A DNA stretch of 64,000 nucleotides from an uncultured delta proteobacterium (lineage in GTDB: Bacteria; Desulfobacterota; RBG-13-43-22), in NCBI GenBank assembly GCA_963790475.1, contig CAWBOS010000012.1:896001-960000 (forward strand), given 5' to 3'. Every line of letters begins with the position of its first letter. Position 1 is the stretch's first letter. The notes below the pieces were generated by a model, which was not told where the DNA came from, searched no databases, and saw nothing but the letters and a program-made list of their open reading frames with translations. The position numbers and the translations under genes were made by a program. This document shows positions 40,626-50,615 of the stretch, piece by piece.

Positions 40626-41936
40626 ATGAACATCTGTGTGATTGGGGTCGGTTATGTGGGATTGGTTACCGGGGCCTGTTTTGCCGAATTCGGGATCCGG
40701 GTCACTTGTGTGGACAATGACCATAAAAAAATCGACCGCCTCAAGCAGGGCAAGATCCCCATTTATGAGCCTGGTCTGGAAGAAATGGTGGCTAAAAATG
40801 TCAAAGAAAACCGCCTTTTTTTCACCGACAATCTGGAAGAAGGGATTAAGCATTCTCTGGTCATCTTCATTGCTGTGGGCACCCCTCCGGATCGACAGGG
40901 GAAAGCGGATCTAAGATATGTCAAAGAAGTGGCCCAGGCCATTGCCCATACCATGGACGGTTATAAATTGATTGTTACCAAGAGTACCGTCCCGGTGGGA
41001 ACCGGAAAGATCCTCCAAGAAATAATCCGCAAGAACCAAAAAGAAAAATTCCCTTTTGATATCGTCTCCAATCCCGAATTTTTAAGGGAAGGGTCGGCGA
41101 TTGAAGATTTTTTAAGGCCCAACCGGGTGGTGATCGGGGCTGAAAGCGATCAGGCCGTGGCCATCATGAAGGACCTCTATACCCCGCTTTATCTGATCGA
41201 GACCCCGTTCATAATCACCACAGTGGAAACGGCTGAAATGATCAAATACGCCTCCAATGCCTTCCTGGCTACCAAAATTTCCTTCATCAATGAAATGGCC
41301 AATCTTTGTGAAAAAGTGGGGGCTGATATCCATCAGGTCTCCAAGGGAATGGGTTTGGATAAGCGGATCGGTTCAAAATTTCTGCATCCCGGCCCCGGAT
41401 TCGGCGGGTCCTGTTTTCCCAAAGATACCTCTGCCCTGGTCCAATTAGCCGATTCCCTGGGCTATGATTTTGAGATCGTCAAATCGGTTATCCGTGTCAA
41501 TCAGCGTCAGAAGAAACGGATGGTCGAAAAGATCCTCAAGGCCATCGGTTCGGTTAAAGGAAAAACCCTGGGCGTGTTGGGCATTACCTTTAAACCCAAT
41601 ACCAATGATATTCGGGATGCCCCATCCCTGTTCATCATCAAAAAATTGGAATCCCTGGGGGCCAAGATCAAGGCCTACGATCCGGCAGGAATGGAAGAAG
41701 GCCGGAAGATGCTGAAAAAAGTTTTATTTCAGGGAAATATCTATGATGTCGGGAAAGGGGCGGAGGCCTTGATCTTAGTTACCGAATGGAACCCCTTTCG
41801 AACCATTGATTGGGCCAAAATGAAACCCCTGTTGAAACGTCCGCTGGTTATTGATTTGAAAAATATGTATGAGCCGGCCAAGATGCATCAATTAGGGATA
41901 AAATATTATTGTGTGGGCAGACCGGCCGTTGAGTAA
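40626..41936 (+). CDS. ugd: UDP-glucose/GDP-mannose dehydrogenase
   Basis: GVGYVGL, IAVGTP, KSTVP, NPEFLREG, GFGGSCFPKD. Confidence 0.93.
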   Translation: MNICVIGVGYVGLVTGACFAEFGIRVTCVDNDHKKIDRLKQGKIPIYEPGLEEMVAKNVKENRLFFTDNLEEGIKHSLVIFIAVGTPPDRQGKADLRYVKEVAQAIAHTMDGYKLIVTKSTVPVGTGKILQEIIRKNQKEKFPFDIVSNPEFLREGSAIEDFLRPNRVVIGAESDQAVAIMKDLYTPLYLIETPFIITTVETAEMIKYASNAFLATKISFINEMANLCEKVGADIHQVSKGMGLDKRIGSKFLHPGPGFGGSCFPKDTSALVQLADSLGYDFEIVKSVIRVNQRQKKRMVEKILKAIGSVKGKTLGVLGITFKPNTNDIRDAPSLFIIKKLESLGAKIKAYDPAGMEEGRKMLKKVLFQGNIYDVGKGAEALILVTEWNPFRTIDWAKMKPLLKRPLVIDLKNMYEPAKMHQLGIKYYCVGRPAVE

Positions 41937-42471
41937 ACCCAAAGAACCCCTGCCGGCCAAACTGGGTATCGGTCTAATCTATAAGGAGAAGGCAGCCGCC
42001 CTGTCCGGCTGGCCGACCATAGAAAAAACCTGGGGGGCCATTGATTTTCTTTCCGAGGTGAGGCCCTTTGATTACACCGGCTACTATGAAGAAGAAATGG
42101 GCCGGCCCTTATATCGTCGATGGGCCTTCTTCCGGGAATTGGTCTCCCAAGACCGGTTGCCGGACATCAAATGGCAGGCCCTGGAGATAGAGAAACAATG
42201 GGCGGTCAATGAGAAGCGACGGTTGAACCTCGACCCGGGATTGATAACGGCCGAGAGACTGGTCCTGGCCACCGGGAAAAATTTCAGTCACCGGATTTAC
42301 CTGGGGAAGGGCATCTTCGCGGATTTGACCCTTATCTTTGTTAAAGGGACTTACCATCCTCTTCCCTGGACTTATCCGGATTATAAGGATGAATGGGCGA
42401 TAGAGATGTTTGATAAAGTAAGGGAAAAATATCTTAGGGACATTTCAGATCGATTTGGCTTTTTGAAATAA
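41929..42471 (+). CDS. DUF4416 family protein
   Basis: YYEEEMG, NLDPG, LATGKNFSHRIYLGKGI, WTYPDY. Confidence 0.8.
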   Translation: MSKPKEPLPAKLGIGLIYKEKAAALSGWPTIEKTWGAIDFLSEVRPFDYTGYYEEEMGRPLYRRWAFFRELVSQDRLPDIKWQALEIEKQWAVNEKRRLNLDPGLITAERLVLATGKNFSHRIYLGKGIFADLTLIFVKGTYHPLPWTYPDYKDEWAIEMFDKVREKYLRDISDRFGFLK

Positions 42472-42476
42472 CTGTT

Positions 42477-42666
42477 TTCACCGCAAAGCCGCAAAGGCCG
42501 CAAAGAAATACTTTTATCGATTGCCGGTGTGGGGACGGCAATCGATAACCTTCGCTACCCTCCGGGTAATTAGTTGGCCGGAGGCCAGAGCTTTTTTATT
42601 CAATCCCTCCTCTCATGGGATTGAATAATAATGATTTCCTCTGCTTCTTTGCGGCGTTGCGGTGAA
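42477..42666. repeat. Structured ~190-bp element with terminal inverted repeats and four internal hairpins
   Basis: TTCACCGCAAAGCCGCAAAG / CTTTGCGGCGTTGCGGTGAA enclosing several stems. Confidence 0.7.
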
Positions 42667-42730
42667 CAAAAACTTTTTTTTAAACACTAAGTGTTATGAG
42701 ATTTCAGATTCAGGATAATAAGGGAAATTT

Positions 42731-43612
42731 ATGATTAAAAGCATGACCGGCTTTGCGCAGACGGTGTTTTCGGATAAGAGCCTGCAAATAACGATTGCCG
42801 TCCGCACCTATAATAATCGCTTTTTAGATGTCAATTTGAGGCTGAATAATGCCTTTTTCCCTCTTGAGGACCGGATCAAGTCCTATATCGCTACACGAGT
42901 TCTTAGGGGGAGGGTGGAAATCGCCATCCAGTTAGCCTCCCAGGAGAAACTCCGGAATGGAAATATCGCCATCAATTGGGCCTTGGCCAAGACCTATTGC
43001 GGGTTATTGACCGAATTGAAAAATAATTTGAACCTTTCCGGTCCCCTGGTCTTAAGCGATCTTCTATCCTTAAAAGACCTCGTGGTCTATCAAGAGAGTA
43101 CCTTCCCCGAAGAAGTTCTTTGGCGAAAACTGGCCTCTCCTTTGAAAAAAGTTTTTGATGCCTTGCAAAAGATGCGGGCCGAAGAAGGTCGGAACTTAGC
43201 CCGGGATTTACTGGAACGTCTGAAAGGGATTCAGAAAGGGGTCGATTTGATCTCCCGGAGAATCTCCCAGGTAATCGAAGCCTACCAGGTCAGGTTGAAA
43301 GACCGAATTAAAAAAATATCGAAAGAGGTGGAAGTGGATCCTCTTCGCCTGGCCCAGGAGGTAGCGATTATGGCCGACCGATCGGATATTTCGGAAGAAC
43401 TGATTCGCTTGGGCAGTCACTTGAAACAATTTAAAGTCCTTTTTAGGGAGACTCAGACCGTAGGTAAAAAAATGGAGTTTCTTCTTCAGGAAATGAACCG
43501 GGAGGTCAACACCATCGGATCGAAAAGCATGGACAGCGCTATTTCCCATCAAGTGGTGTCGATCAAATCCGAATTGGAAAAATTGCGGGAACAAGTTCAG
43601 AATATAGAATAA
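42731..43612 (+). CDS. yicC: YicC/YloC family endoribonuclease
   Basis: IKSMTGF, NNRFLD, RGRVE, DISEE, QEMNREVNTIGSK, REQVQNIE. Confidence 0.93.
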   Translation: MIKSMTGFAQTVFSDKSLQITIAVRTYNNRFLDVNLRLNNAFFPLEDRIKSYIATRVLRGRVEIAIQLASQEKLRNGNIAINWALAKTYCGLLTELKNNLNLSGPLVLSDLLSLKDLVVYQESTFPEEVLWRKLASPLKKVFDALQKMRAEEGRNLARDLLERLKGIQKGVDLISRRISQVIEAYQVRLKDRIKKISKEVEVDPLRLAQEVAIMADRSDISEELIRLGSHLKQFKVLFRETQTVGKKMEFLLQEMNREVNTIGSKSMDSAISHQVVSIKSELEKLREQVQNIE

Positions 43613-43621
43613 GGAGAACCT

Positions 43622-43900
43622 ATGGACCCTAAGTTACTCAAAATCGGTTTTGGAAACTCGGTGGTCTCGGACCGAGTGGTTGCCATTTTAACCCCCGCTT
43701 CTTCTCCCATGAAGCGACTAAGAGAGGAAGCGCGTGACGGGAAACGATTGATCGATGCCACCCAGGGTCGTAAAACCCTCTCCATCATACTGACCGACAG
43801 TAACCATGTGATCCTCTCCGCCTTTCAGGCCGAGACCTTAGCCCAGCGGTATATTTCCGACGGGACCGGGAAAGAGGATGATCCCAAAAATTCAAAATAA
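43622..43900 (+). CDS. remA: DUF370 / RemA family protein
   Basis: [21 protein letters not shown]; yicC-DUF370-gmk order. Confidence 0.85.
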   Translation: MDPKLLKIGFGNSVVSDRVVAILTPASSPMKRLREEARDGKRLIDATQGRKTLSIILTDSNHVILSAFQAETLAQRYISDGTGKEDDPKNSK

Positions 43901-44471
43901 GAACCGGGGGAATCTGATTGTCCTTTCCGGACCTTCCGGGGTGGGGAAGACTACCCTGAGGGAAGAGCTTCAAAAAAGAATTCCCAACCTCCGGTTTTCG
44001 GTTTCCTGGACTACTCGGCCTCATCGGCCGGGGGAAATCATGGGGCAGGATTACCGGTTTGTTTCCAAAAAACAATTTGAAGAAAAGATGAAGGCCGACG
44101 GATTCCTGGAATGGGCCCGGGTTCATAACGAATACTATGGAACACCCCAGGCCCCGATTCAGCGCTGGATGGGCAAGGGGGAAGACATCCTTCTGGATAT
44201 TGATATTCAGGGGGCAAGGCAGGTAAAAAAACAAATTCCTCAAGCTGTGGCTGTTTTTATCTTGCCGCCTTCACAAAAAGAATTAATGAAACGATTGCGA
44301 AGTCGTCAGACCGAACCCATGCAGAAAATCCGCATGCGGTTGAAAAATGCCGAAAACGAAATCCGATCGGTCCGGCAATTTGACTATGCGATTATTAATC
44401 GAGAGATCGCCGCCTCAGTCGATGCCTTGGAAATCATCCTTAAAGCCGCCCGCCTGCGAGTGAAAAAATAG
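43878..44471 (+). CDS. gmk: Guanylate kinase
   Basis: [29 protein letters not shown]. Confidence 0.95.
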   Translation: MIPKIQNKNRGNLIVLSGPSGVGKTTLREELQKRIPNLRFSVSWTTRPHRPGEIMGQDYRFVSKKQFEEKMKADGFLEWARVHNEYYGTPQAPIQRWMGKGEDILLDIDIQGARQVKKQIPQAVAVFILPPSQKELMKRLRSRQTEPMQKIRMRLKNAENEIRSVRQFDYAIINREIAASVDALEIILKAARLRVKK

Positions 44472-44592
44472 TAAAGAAAAATTCCCGCCAATCCCCCCCA
44501 TTAAAAATCCATTGAAATTTACCCTTGACTTTTGCCCTTGAGGCGTGTAAAAATTCAAAAAAAAGTGAACGAGCGCTCGGAAGTATAAAATA

Positions 44593-45219
44593 ATGGACGT
44601 TCAAACCAACATCAAAAATAAAGATCTGGTCTCCAAAAGACGCAAGCAGATTATCACCGCCGCCTCAAAGCTTTTTTTTGAAAAAGGCTTTGATCAAACG
44701 ACCATGCGGGAGATTTCCCGTGCCTCCGGTCTGACCATGGGTAGTCTATATGATTACGTCATGAGTAAAGATGATATTCTGGTCCTGGTCTATAAAGACG
44801 TTATCGAACGTTTCCGCTTAGGACTTGGCGGGAACGAACAAAGCGATCGGGATATGAATCCCGAAAACCTGGAAAATATCCTGCACCGAAGCATGAAGCA
44901 GATGTACAAGCTGTCCAAGGCTGTGCAGCTTCTCTATCGGGAATCCTGGTCCAGACGCAAGAATGTACATATACAAATGAGAGAGATTGAACGGGGACAT
45001 GTAGACAATTTTACTCAATTGCTTCAGCAAGGCCGGGAAAAGGGATTGTTCCAAGTGAAGAATCCCAAGGTCACTGCCGATCTGATCCTTTTGCTGGTTG
45101 CCCTTCCGGCCATCAGGGAATGGAGCTTATTGAACCTTGATCAGGAGGAAGTGATTGATACGGTGGCCAAGTTTATCCTGCGCGGTCTGTCCACGGACGA
45201 TCGGGCCCAGGCTTCGTAG
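44593..45219 (+). CDS. TetR/AcrR family regulator
   Basis: LFFEKGFDQTTMREI...GSLYDY..SKDDI. Confidence 0.9.
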   Translation: MDVQTNIKNKDLVSKRRKQIITAASKLFFEKGFDQTTMREISRASGLTMGSLYDYVMSKDDILVLVYKDVIERFRLGLGGNEQSDRDMNPENLENILHRSMKQMYKLSKAVQLLYRESWSRRKNVHIQMREIERGHVDNFTQLLQQGREKGLFQVKNPKVTADLILLLVALPAIREWSLLNLDQEEVIDTVAKFILRGLSTDDRAQAS

Positions 45220-45333
45220 TGAACATAACTTATTGACCCCGGATAAATTTCAGGATATAAAACCTTTTCTTAAGAATTTCCGATTTCCCCCAAAAATGAC
45301 AGCCTTGAAAAAATGTCGGCGAAAGCCTGTTTC

Positions 45334-45475
45334 CGTCATTGCGGTGGAAACCGGATCTCAGATTTAATGGTCTGGTTCCCGGCTTCCGCCGGGAGGTGTC
45401 TGGACCCCGGCGTCTGCCCCGGACCCCGGATCAATTCCGGGGCAGGCTTCTGATCCGGGGTTCGTCGGGGTGACG
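45334..45475. repeat. Composite REP-like palindromic element
   Basis: CGTCA...TGACG ends; shares CCGGGGCAGGCTT with 61946-62110 and CCGGATCAA with 30918-30985. Confidence 0.65.
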
Positions 45476-45525
45476 ATCTTGAAGACTTGTTTCCAAATCA
45501 ACGAGAGTAATAACCGAGGATATCG

Positions 45526-47112
45526 ATGCGTTTTCTGTTGATTAATCCCTATTGTCCCATATCTGAGAATCCTTCCCCCCCTCTGGGCTTGGCTTTTCTG
45601 GCCGGTGCCCTTGAAGGGGCGGGTGTTGAGACCAGGGTGGTTGATTTTACCGTCTTTCCCTACAGTAAAATGATGCTGGAGTCGGTCCTGCGGGAATTTC
45701 AGCCGAACCTGGTGGGTGTCACCTCGGTAACGATGACCTATAACAACGCCGCTCAAGTTATTCAGGACGTCAAGGCCATCGATAGCCATATCCTGACGGT
45801 TATGGGCGGCCCGCATGTGACTTTCTGGGCCCAGGAGGCCATGGACAGCCTTCCGGAATTAGACCTCGTGGTCATTGGAGAAGGCGAACACACGATCATT
45901 GAATTGACCAGAGAAGCCGAGAAAGACGGCGAGTGGAGCAAGGTCAAAGGGATTGTCTATCGTCAGGGTTCTCAAGTTCTCAGTACCGGGCCAAGGGAAC
46001 AGATCATCGATCTGGATTCTCTCCCGATGCCGGCCAGACATTTATTCCCCTTGGGCCGCTACCGGGCCCTGGGCATGCCCATAACCATGACCACCAGCCG
46101 GGGTTGCCCCTATCAATGCATTTTTTGTGTGGGAAGAAGAATGGTGGGAGCCAAGGTTCGTTACCGGAACCCGGAAAAGGTTGTGGATGAACTGGCCGAT
46201 CTTCACCGGCTGGGTTTCAAACAGATCAACATCGTCGATGATCTCTTTACCGCCAGCAAAGACCACTGCCTGGCCGTCTGCCATGAAATACGAAAGAGGA
46301 ACCTGGAAGTAAGATGGACTTCTTTTTCGCGGGTCGATACCATTTCCAGGGAACTCTTGATAGAGATGAAGAAAGCCGGATGTTACGCCGTAAGCTTCGG
46401 AGTGGAGACTGGAAATCCGGATATATTAAAGACCATCAAGAAAAAGATCACCATCGAAAAGGTGATCGAGGCCGCCAACCTCTGCCGGGAAGTGGGGATG
46501 GACGTCCATTTCTCTTTCATTCTGGGGCTTCCCGGTGAGACTCCGGAGACTTTGCAGCAGACCGCTGCTTTCAGTGAAAAGCTGAGTGGTATTGTCGGAT
46601 CCTGTGGCTTTCATCTTTTGGCCCCCTTTCCGGGGACCGAGATCCGGGAAAAAAGCGTTGAATTGGGGATAAATATTCTAACCCAGGACTGGTCCGACTA
46701 TCATGCCAACCGGGCTATTGTGGAGACACCGGCGGTGAATAAAGCCATGCTGGATGACTTTGTTTCGGCCTGGGAGAAGACCTATTTGGATCAGCTTGGA
46801 TTAATAAAGCAAAAAAGGGCAAGCGGAGAGGCCACCGAAAGCGAAGCCTGGGACCTGACCAAACTGGAATATATCGTGGTCATCAACGCCCTGATGATGA
46901 GCAGGGCCGTTGAGGAAAAAGGATTCTGGCCAAACCGGGAAACTTTTAAAGAAGAGGACTCCTTGAGCCAGTTGGTGGACCGGGTATGGGGGTTGACCGG
47001 TTCCGAGAGAGAGTTGGTTCAAAAGACCTTGAAGTATGCCGTCGGGAAGGGGAGCCTGCTCTGTTCGGATCAGGACGGTGAGATCCGGTGGAGCTGGCGA
47101 GATTACATATAA
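45526..47112 (+). CDS. B12-binding radical SAM protein
   Basis: PPLGLAFLA, GGPHVT, GEGE, SRGCPYQCIFC, FGVETG. Confidence 0.9.
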   Translation: MRFLLINPYCPISENPSPPLGLAFLAGALEGAGVETRVVDFTVFPYSKMMLESVLREFQPNLVGVTSVTMTYNNAAQVIQDVKAIDSHILTVMGGPHVTFWAQEAMDSLPELDLVVIGEGEHTIIELTREAEKDGEWSKVKGIVYRQGSQVLSTGPREQIIDLDSLPMPARHLFPLGRYRALGMPITMTTSRGCPYQCIFCVGRRMVGAKVRYRNPEKVVDELADLHRLGFKQINIVDDLFTASKDHCLAVCHEIRKRNLEVRWTSFSRVDTISRELLIEMKKAGCYAVSFGVETGNPDILKTIKKKITIEKVIEAANLCREVGMDVHFSFILGLPGETPETLQQTAAFSEKLSGIVGSCGFHLLAPFPGTEIREKSVELGINILTQDWSDYHANRAIVETPAVNKAMLDDFVSAWEKTYLDQLGLIKQKRASGEATESEAWDLTKLEYIVVINALMMSRAVEEKGFWPNRETFKEEDSLSQLVDRVWGLTGSERELVQKTLKYAVGKGSLLCSDQDGEIRWSWRDYI

Positions 47113-47209
47113 AGGTTTCATGATTTTCTTTCCATGAACCTGGTGGTTTTTCATTAAATAATACCCCTGGTCCTTTTGGCAAAAATTGAACATTTTTGAG
47201 AGTTCATAA

Positions 47210-47833
47210 ATGGAAAAAGCAGATCTCCCCCTTGATTTGATCCAAGAGGTCAAGGGGTTTTTGGACGAGGAAGAAGGATTGTTTCTTTACCAGGCAGCGG
47301 AAACAGCAGCCCCCCTAGGTCCCTGTCTGGAGATCGGCAGTTACTGCGGTAAATCCAGCATCTATCTGGGGTTGGGGTGCAAAGCCCATCAGGGGGTCCT
47401 TTTTTCCATCGATCACCACCGGGGTTCAGAAGAACAGCAGCCGGGTGAGGAATATTTCGATCCGGCTTTGTTCGATCCGGAGAGCGGCCGCATAGATACC
47501 TTCCCTTTCTTTAGAAAGACCATTGAAAAAGCCGGTCTGGAAGACACGATTGTTCCTTTGGTCTGCCCCTCCCCTTTAGCCGCCCGTCAGTGGGCCACGC
47601 CGCTCAGTCTTGTTTTTATTGACGGCGGACACTCCTTTGAAGCGGCCAATCAGGACTACCGGAACTGGGGCAGGCATATCCTGCCGGGAGGCTATCTGCT
47701 GATACACGATATCTTCGAAGATCCCCAACAAGGCGGGCAGGCCCCTTTTCAGGTCTTTCGATTGGCCCTGGCCTCCGGCCATTTCCAGGAACTGCCCCGG
47801 GTAAAGACACTGGGGGTGCTTAAACGTCGATAA
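47210..47833 (+). CDS. Class I SAM-dependent methyltransferase (Methyltransf_24-like)
   Basis: LEIGSYCGKS, FIDGGH, GGYLLIHD. Confidence 0.85.
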   Translation: MEKADLPLDLIQEVKGFLDEEEGLFLYQAAETAAPLGPCLEIGSYCGKSSIYLGLGCKAHQGVLFSIDHHRGSEEQQPGEEYFDPALFDPESGRIDTFPFFRKTIEKAGLEDTIVPLVCPSPLAARQWATPLSLVFIDGGHSFEAANQDYRNWGRHILPGGYLLIHDIFEDPQQGGQAPFQVFRLALASGHFQELPRVKTLGVLKRR

Positions 47834-47865
47834 GTACGGCTCAGGATTTCAAATATTTATTAAAT

Positions 47866-48651
47866 TCATTCCAAAGCAATAACCGTGGCAAACCGGCCGG
47901 TGATTTTTTCTTTTCGATACGAGAAAAAATCCTGGGTCCGGCAGGAAGTGCAGATGCCGGCAATCTCGATGTGGTTTTCCAAAACCCCGGCGGCTATCAA
48001 TTGATCACGGCTTAAACGCCGGAGATCAAAATAATAGGGCCGGGCCTGATAGGTCCAATATCTGGCCGGAATTTCTGTTCGATAATTAATGAACTGAGCG
48101 CAACAGGGACCCAGGGAAGGCCCGATCCCGGCCAAAATCTGGGAGGGGACGGTTTTATAAGCTGCCCTCATTCGTTTAACCGCTTCGCCGATGACGTTGT
48201 TTACATTTCCCCGCCAGCCGCAATGGATATTGGCAACGGCGTGGTGGCCGGGATCATAGAGCAGGATGGATTGGCAATCGGCCTGTTTGATCATCAGACC
48301 CTGTTTCGGTACCCGGGTCATCAGAATGTCTCCGGATCTGGATTCAGGAATAGGCTCTGAATCCCGGGATTGTTCTTCTTTAATGATCACCGTTTCTTTA
48401 CCATGCACCTGTTTGAGACAGCGGAGATTAGGTATTCCTAATGACTTAAGCACCAAGGCCCGGTTTTCCACCACGGTTTGTTGGTCATCTCCCACCGAAA
48501 AGCTTAAGTTAAGGCTGGCGTAAGCCCCTCGACTGCCCCCACCATGACGGGCAAAGATCCCGTGAGTCAATCCCGGTATGGATTGAAAAAGCTGGAACTG
48601 ATAGAAGGAAAGACCGTTTAATTTTTTAATAATTAATGATGAAGTTTCCAT
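47866..48651 (-). CDS. pgeF: PgeF/YfiH purine nucleoside phosphorylase-like protein
   Basis: SLNL, QVHG, ADC, HCGWRG, IGPSLGPCC, FFSYR. Confidence 0.9.
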   Translation of the reverse strand: METSSLIIKKLNGLSFYQFQLFQSIPGLTHGIFARHGGGSRGAYASLNLSFSVGDDQQTVVENRALVLKSLGIPNLRCLKQVHGKETVIIKEEQSRDSEPIPESRSGDILMTRVPKQGLMIKQADCQSILLYDPGHHAVANIHCGWRGNVNNVIGEAVKRMRAAYKTVPSQILAGIGPSLGPCCAQFINYRTEIPARYWTYQARPYYFDLRRLSRDQLIAAGVLENHIEIAGICTSCRTQDFFSYRKEKITGRFATVIALE

Positions 48652-48799
48652 TCGAAATTATAACTTACGGAAGTTATTCCGGCTATTATCCCCACGGCGC
48701 AAGCGGACTTTCGACGATTTATTCAGTGCCTGTGAACTAAAAATGTTTTAATTTTCAGATTTCGAAAACTGATTTTATTTCGGTTTTGATTTTTGGATT

Positions 48800-49726
48800 T
48801 CAGGAAATAAATGATCCTATCCAATCGGTTATCCTGGGGATTTTATTGGCGGAGAGAAATTTTTTTATCCCCTTTATAACTTCCAACGCCGTCGCCGGCT
48901 GAATGAAATTAGCGGTCCCGATTTGAACGGCCCTGGCCCCGATCAGGAGAAATTCCAGGGCATCCTCCGCAGTCCGGATGCCTCCTAACCCAATCACAGG
49001 TATGGAAACGGCCTGGACCACCCGATGGACCAAGCGCAGGGCCACGGGTTTGATCGCCGGCCCGGAGAGGCCTCCGTTTAAGCTGCCCAGTTTAGAAAGT
49101 CGGGACTCAATATCCACAGCCATGGCCGGGATGGTATTGATTAAGGAAACTGCGTCGGCCCCGGCACATTCTACGGCCCTGGCTATAGCGGCAATATCCG
49201 TGACCTGAGGTGTCAACTTGACCACCAGAGGCAGACGAGTCGTCTGGCGTACTTTGGAAATGACCTTGGCCGCCGTTCGCGGCTGGGCTCCGAAAGCCAT
49301 CCCACCCCGGGACACATTGGGACAGGAGATGTTGACCTCCAGGGCGGCAATCCCCGGCCGGTCACTCAGATGCCTGGCCACTTCCTGATATTCCCGAAGG
49401 GAATGACCTAAGATATTGACGATGACCGGGATACGGAGTTGGGAGAGAAAGGGAAGTTTGTCTTGAATAAATCCCTTCACGCCCACGTTTTGAAGACCGA
49501 TGGCATTGAGCATCCCGGAAGGGGTTTCACAGATCCGGGGAGGGGGATTGCCGGCCATGGGTTTCAAGGAAACCCCTTTGGTGATCAAGGCCCCCAATAG
49601 ATTCAGGTCTAATAGTTCGGCATATTCTTTTCCATAACCGAAAGTTCCGGAGGCGGTCATGACCGGATTCTGCATCCGCAGACCGCCGATGGTTACCGAT
49701 AGATCGGGATCTTTTGATTTAATCAT
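48800..49726 (-). CDS. pyrD: Dihydroorotate dehydrogenase 1B, catalytic subunit
   Basis: NPVMTASGTFG, MLNAIGLQN, NISCPN, KLTP, GGLSGPAIKP. Confidence 0.95.
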   Translation of the reverse strand: MIKSKDPDLSVTIGGLRMQNPVMTASGTFGYGKEYAELLDLNLLGALITKGVSLKPMAGNPPPRICETPSGMLNAIGLQNVGVKGFIQDKLPFLSQLRIPVIVNILGHSLREYQEVARHLSDRPGIAALEVNISCPNVSRGGMAFGAQPRTAAKVISKVRQTTRLPLVVKLTPQVTDIAAIARAVECAGADAVSLINTIPAMAVDIESRLSKLGSLNGGLSGPAIKPVALRLVHRVVQAVSIPVIGLGGIRTAEDALEFLLIGARAVQIGTANFIQPATALEVIKGIKKFLSANKIPRITDWIGSFIS

Positions 49727-50516
49727 CCCAGAGAACCTCCTGGGCTTCAAAGACCGGCCCTTCCTGACAGACATTGACATAAGCAATTTCTGTCCCCTTT
49801 TTTCTGGCCACCACACACCCCAGGCAGGCCCCCAGGCCGCAGGCCATGTGGGTCTCCAAAGACAACTGGCAGGGGATCCCTTTTTGAACGGCCCAGTCCC
49901 GGACCGCCTTCAACATCAGATTCGGCCCACAGACAAACAGGGTCTGATCGGGAGAAGGGTTTTTAACAGTCGCAGTCAATAATCGGGTCACTAATCCCTT
50001 CCGGCCATAGGAGCCATCTTCCGTGGCCGCGAGTATCTGCACCCCGGCCCCTTCAAATTCTTTCAGACAAAGGAGTTCGTCTTTACTCCGGGCGCCCAGA
50101 AAGAGCCGGAGAGCCCCTTTTTGATTTTTCACCCGGGACCGTTTCCAGGTTTCGGCCAAAAACAGGAGGGGGGCTACACCCATCCCGCCGGCCACCAAAA
50201 TCGGGTTCGGGTCTTCATCGAAATTAAAACCCCGTCCTAATGGCCCCCGGACCTCCAGGAGGTCGCCTTTCTTCAAGGCGGCCAAATGCCTGGTCCCCTG
50301 CCCGACCACCTTGAACAGGATTTCCACCAGATCTCCCCTAAGGCGATGGACAGAAAAAGGACGGGGAAGGAGGGGCTCTAAAAACTCGGTAGGGCGGACC
50401 ATGACGAACTGCCCGGGACAGGCTTGAGCGGCAATGGGACCACTGGTAAAGCGCAGAAGGTAGATATCCGGAGCTACGGGTTTAATATTTTGGATGGGGA
50501 TTTTCTGAAAAAACAT
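49719..50516 (-). CDS. pyrK: Dihydroorotate dehydrogenase electron transfer subunit
   Basis: PGQF, RPFS, GPLG, AGGMG, CGP, MACGLGACLGC...C.EGPVF. Confidence 0.92.
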   Translation of the reverse strand: MFFQKIPIQNIKPVAPDIYLLRFTSGPIAAQACPGQFVMVRPTEFLEPLLPRPFSVHRLRGDLVEILFKVVGQGTRHLAALKKGDLLEVRGPLGRGFNFDEDPNPILVAGGMGVAPLLFLAETWKRSRVKNQKGALRLFLGARSKDELLCLKEFEGAGVQILAATEDGSYGRKGLVTRLLTATVKNPSPDQTLFVCGPNLMLKAVRDWAVQKGIPCQLSLETHMACGLGACLGCVVARKKGTEIAYVNVCQEGPVFEAQEVLWDD

Positions 50517-50615
50517 ATATTTTATTTATAGTCAATTGAAGATCATTTTTTCATTGACCCATTAAGTTTATATATTGTACTTTATTGAAAAAAGTCAAAT
50601 CATTAATTTCCCTCT

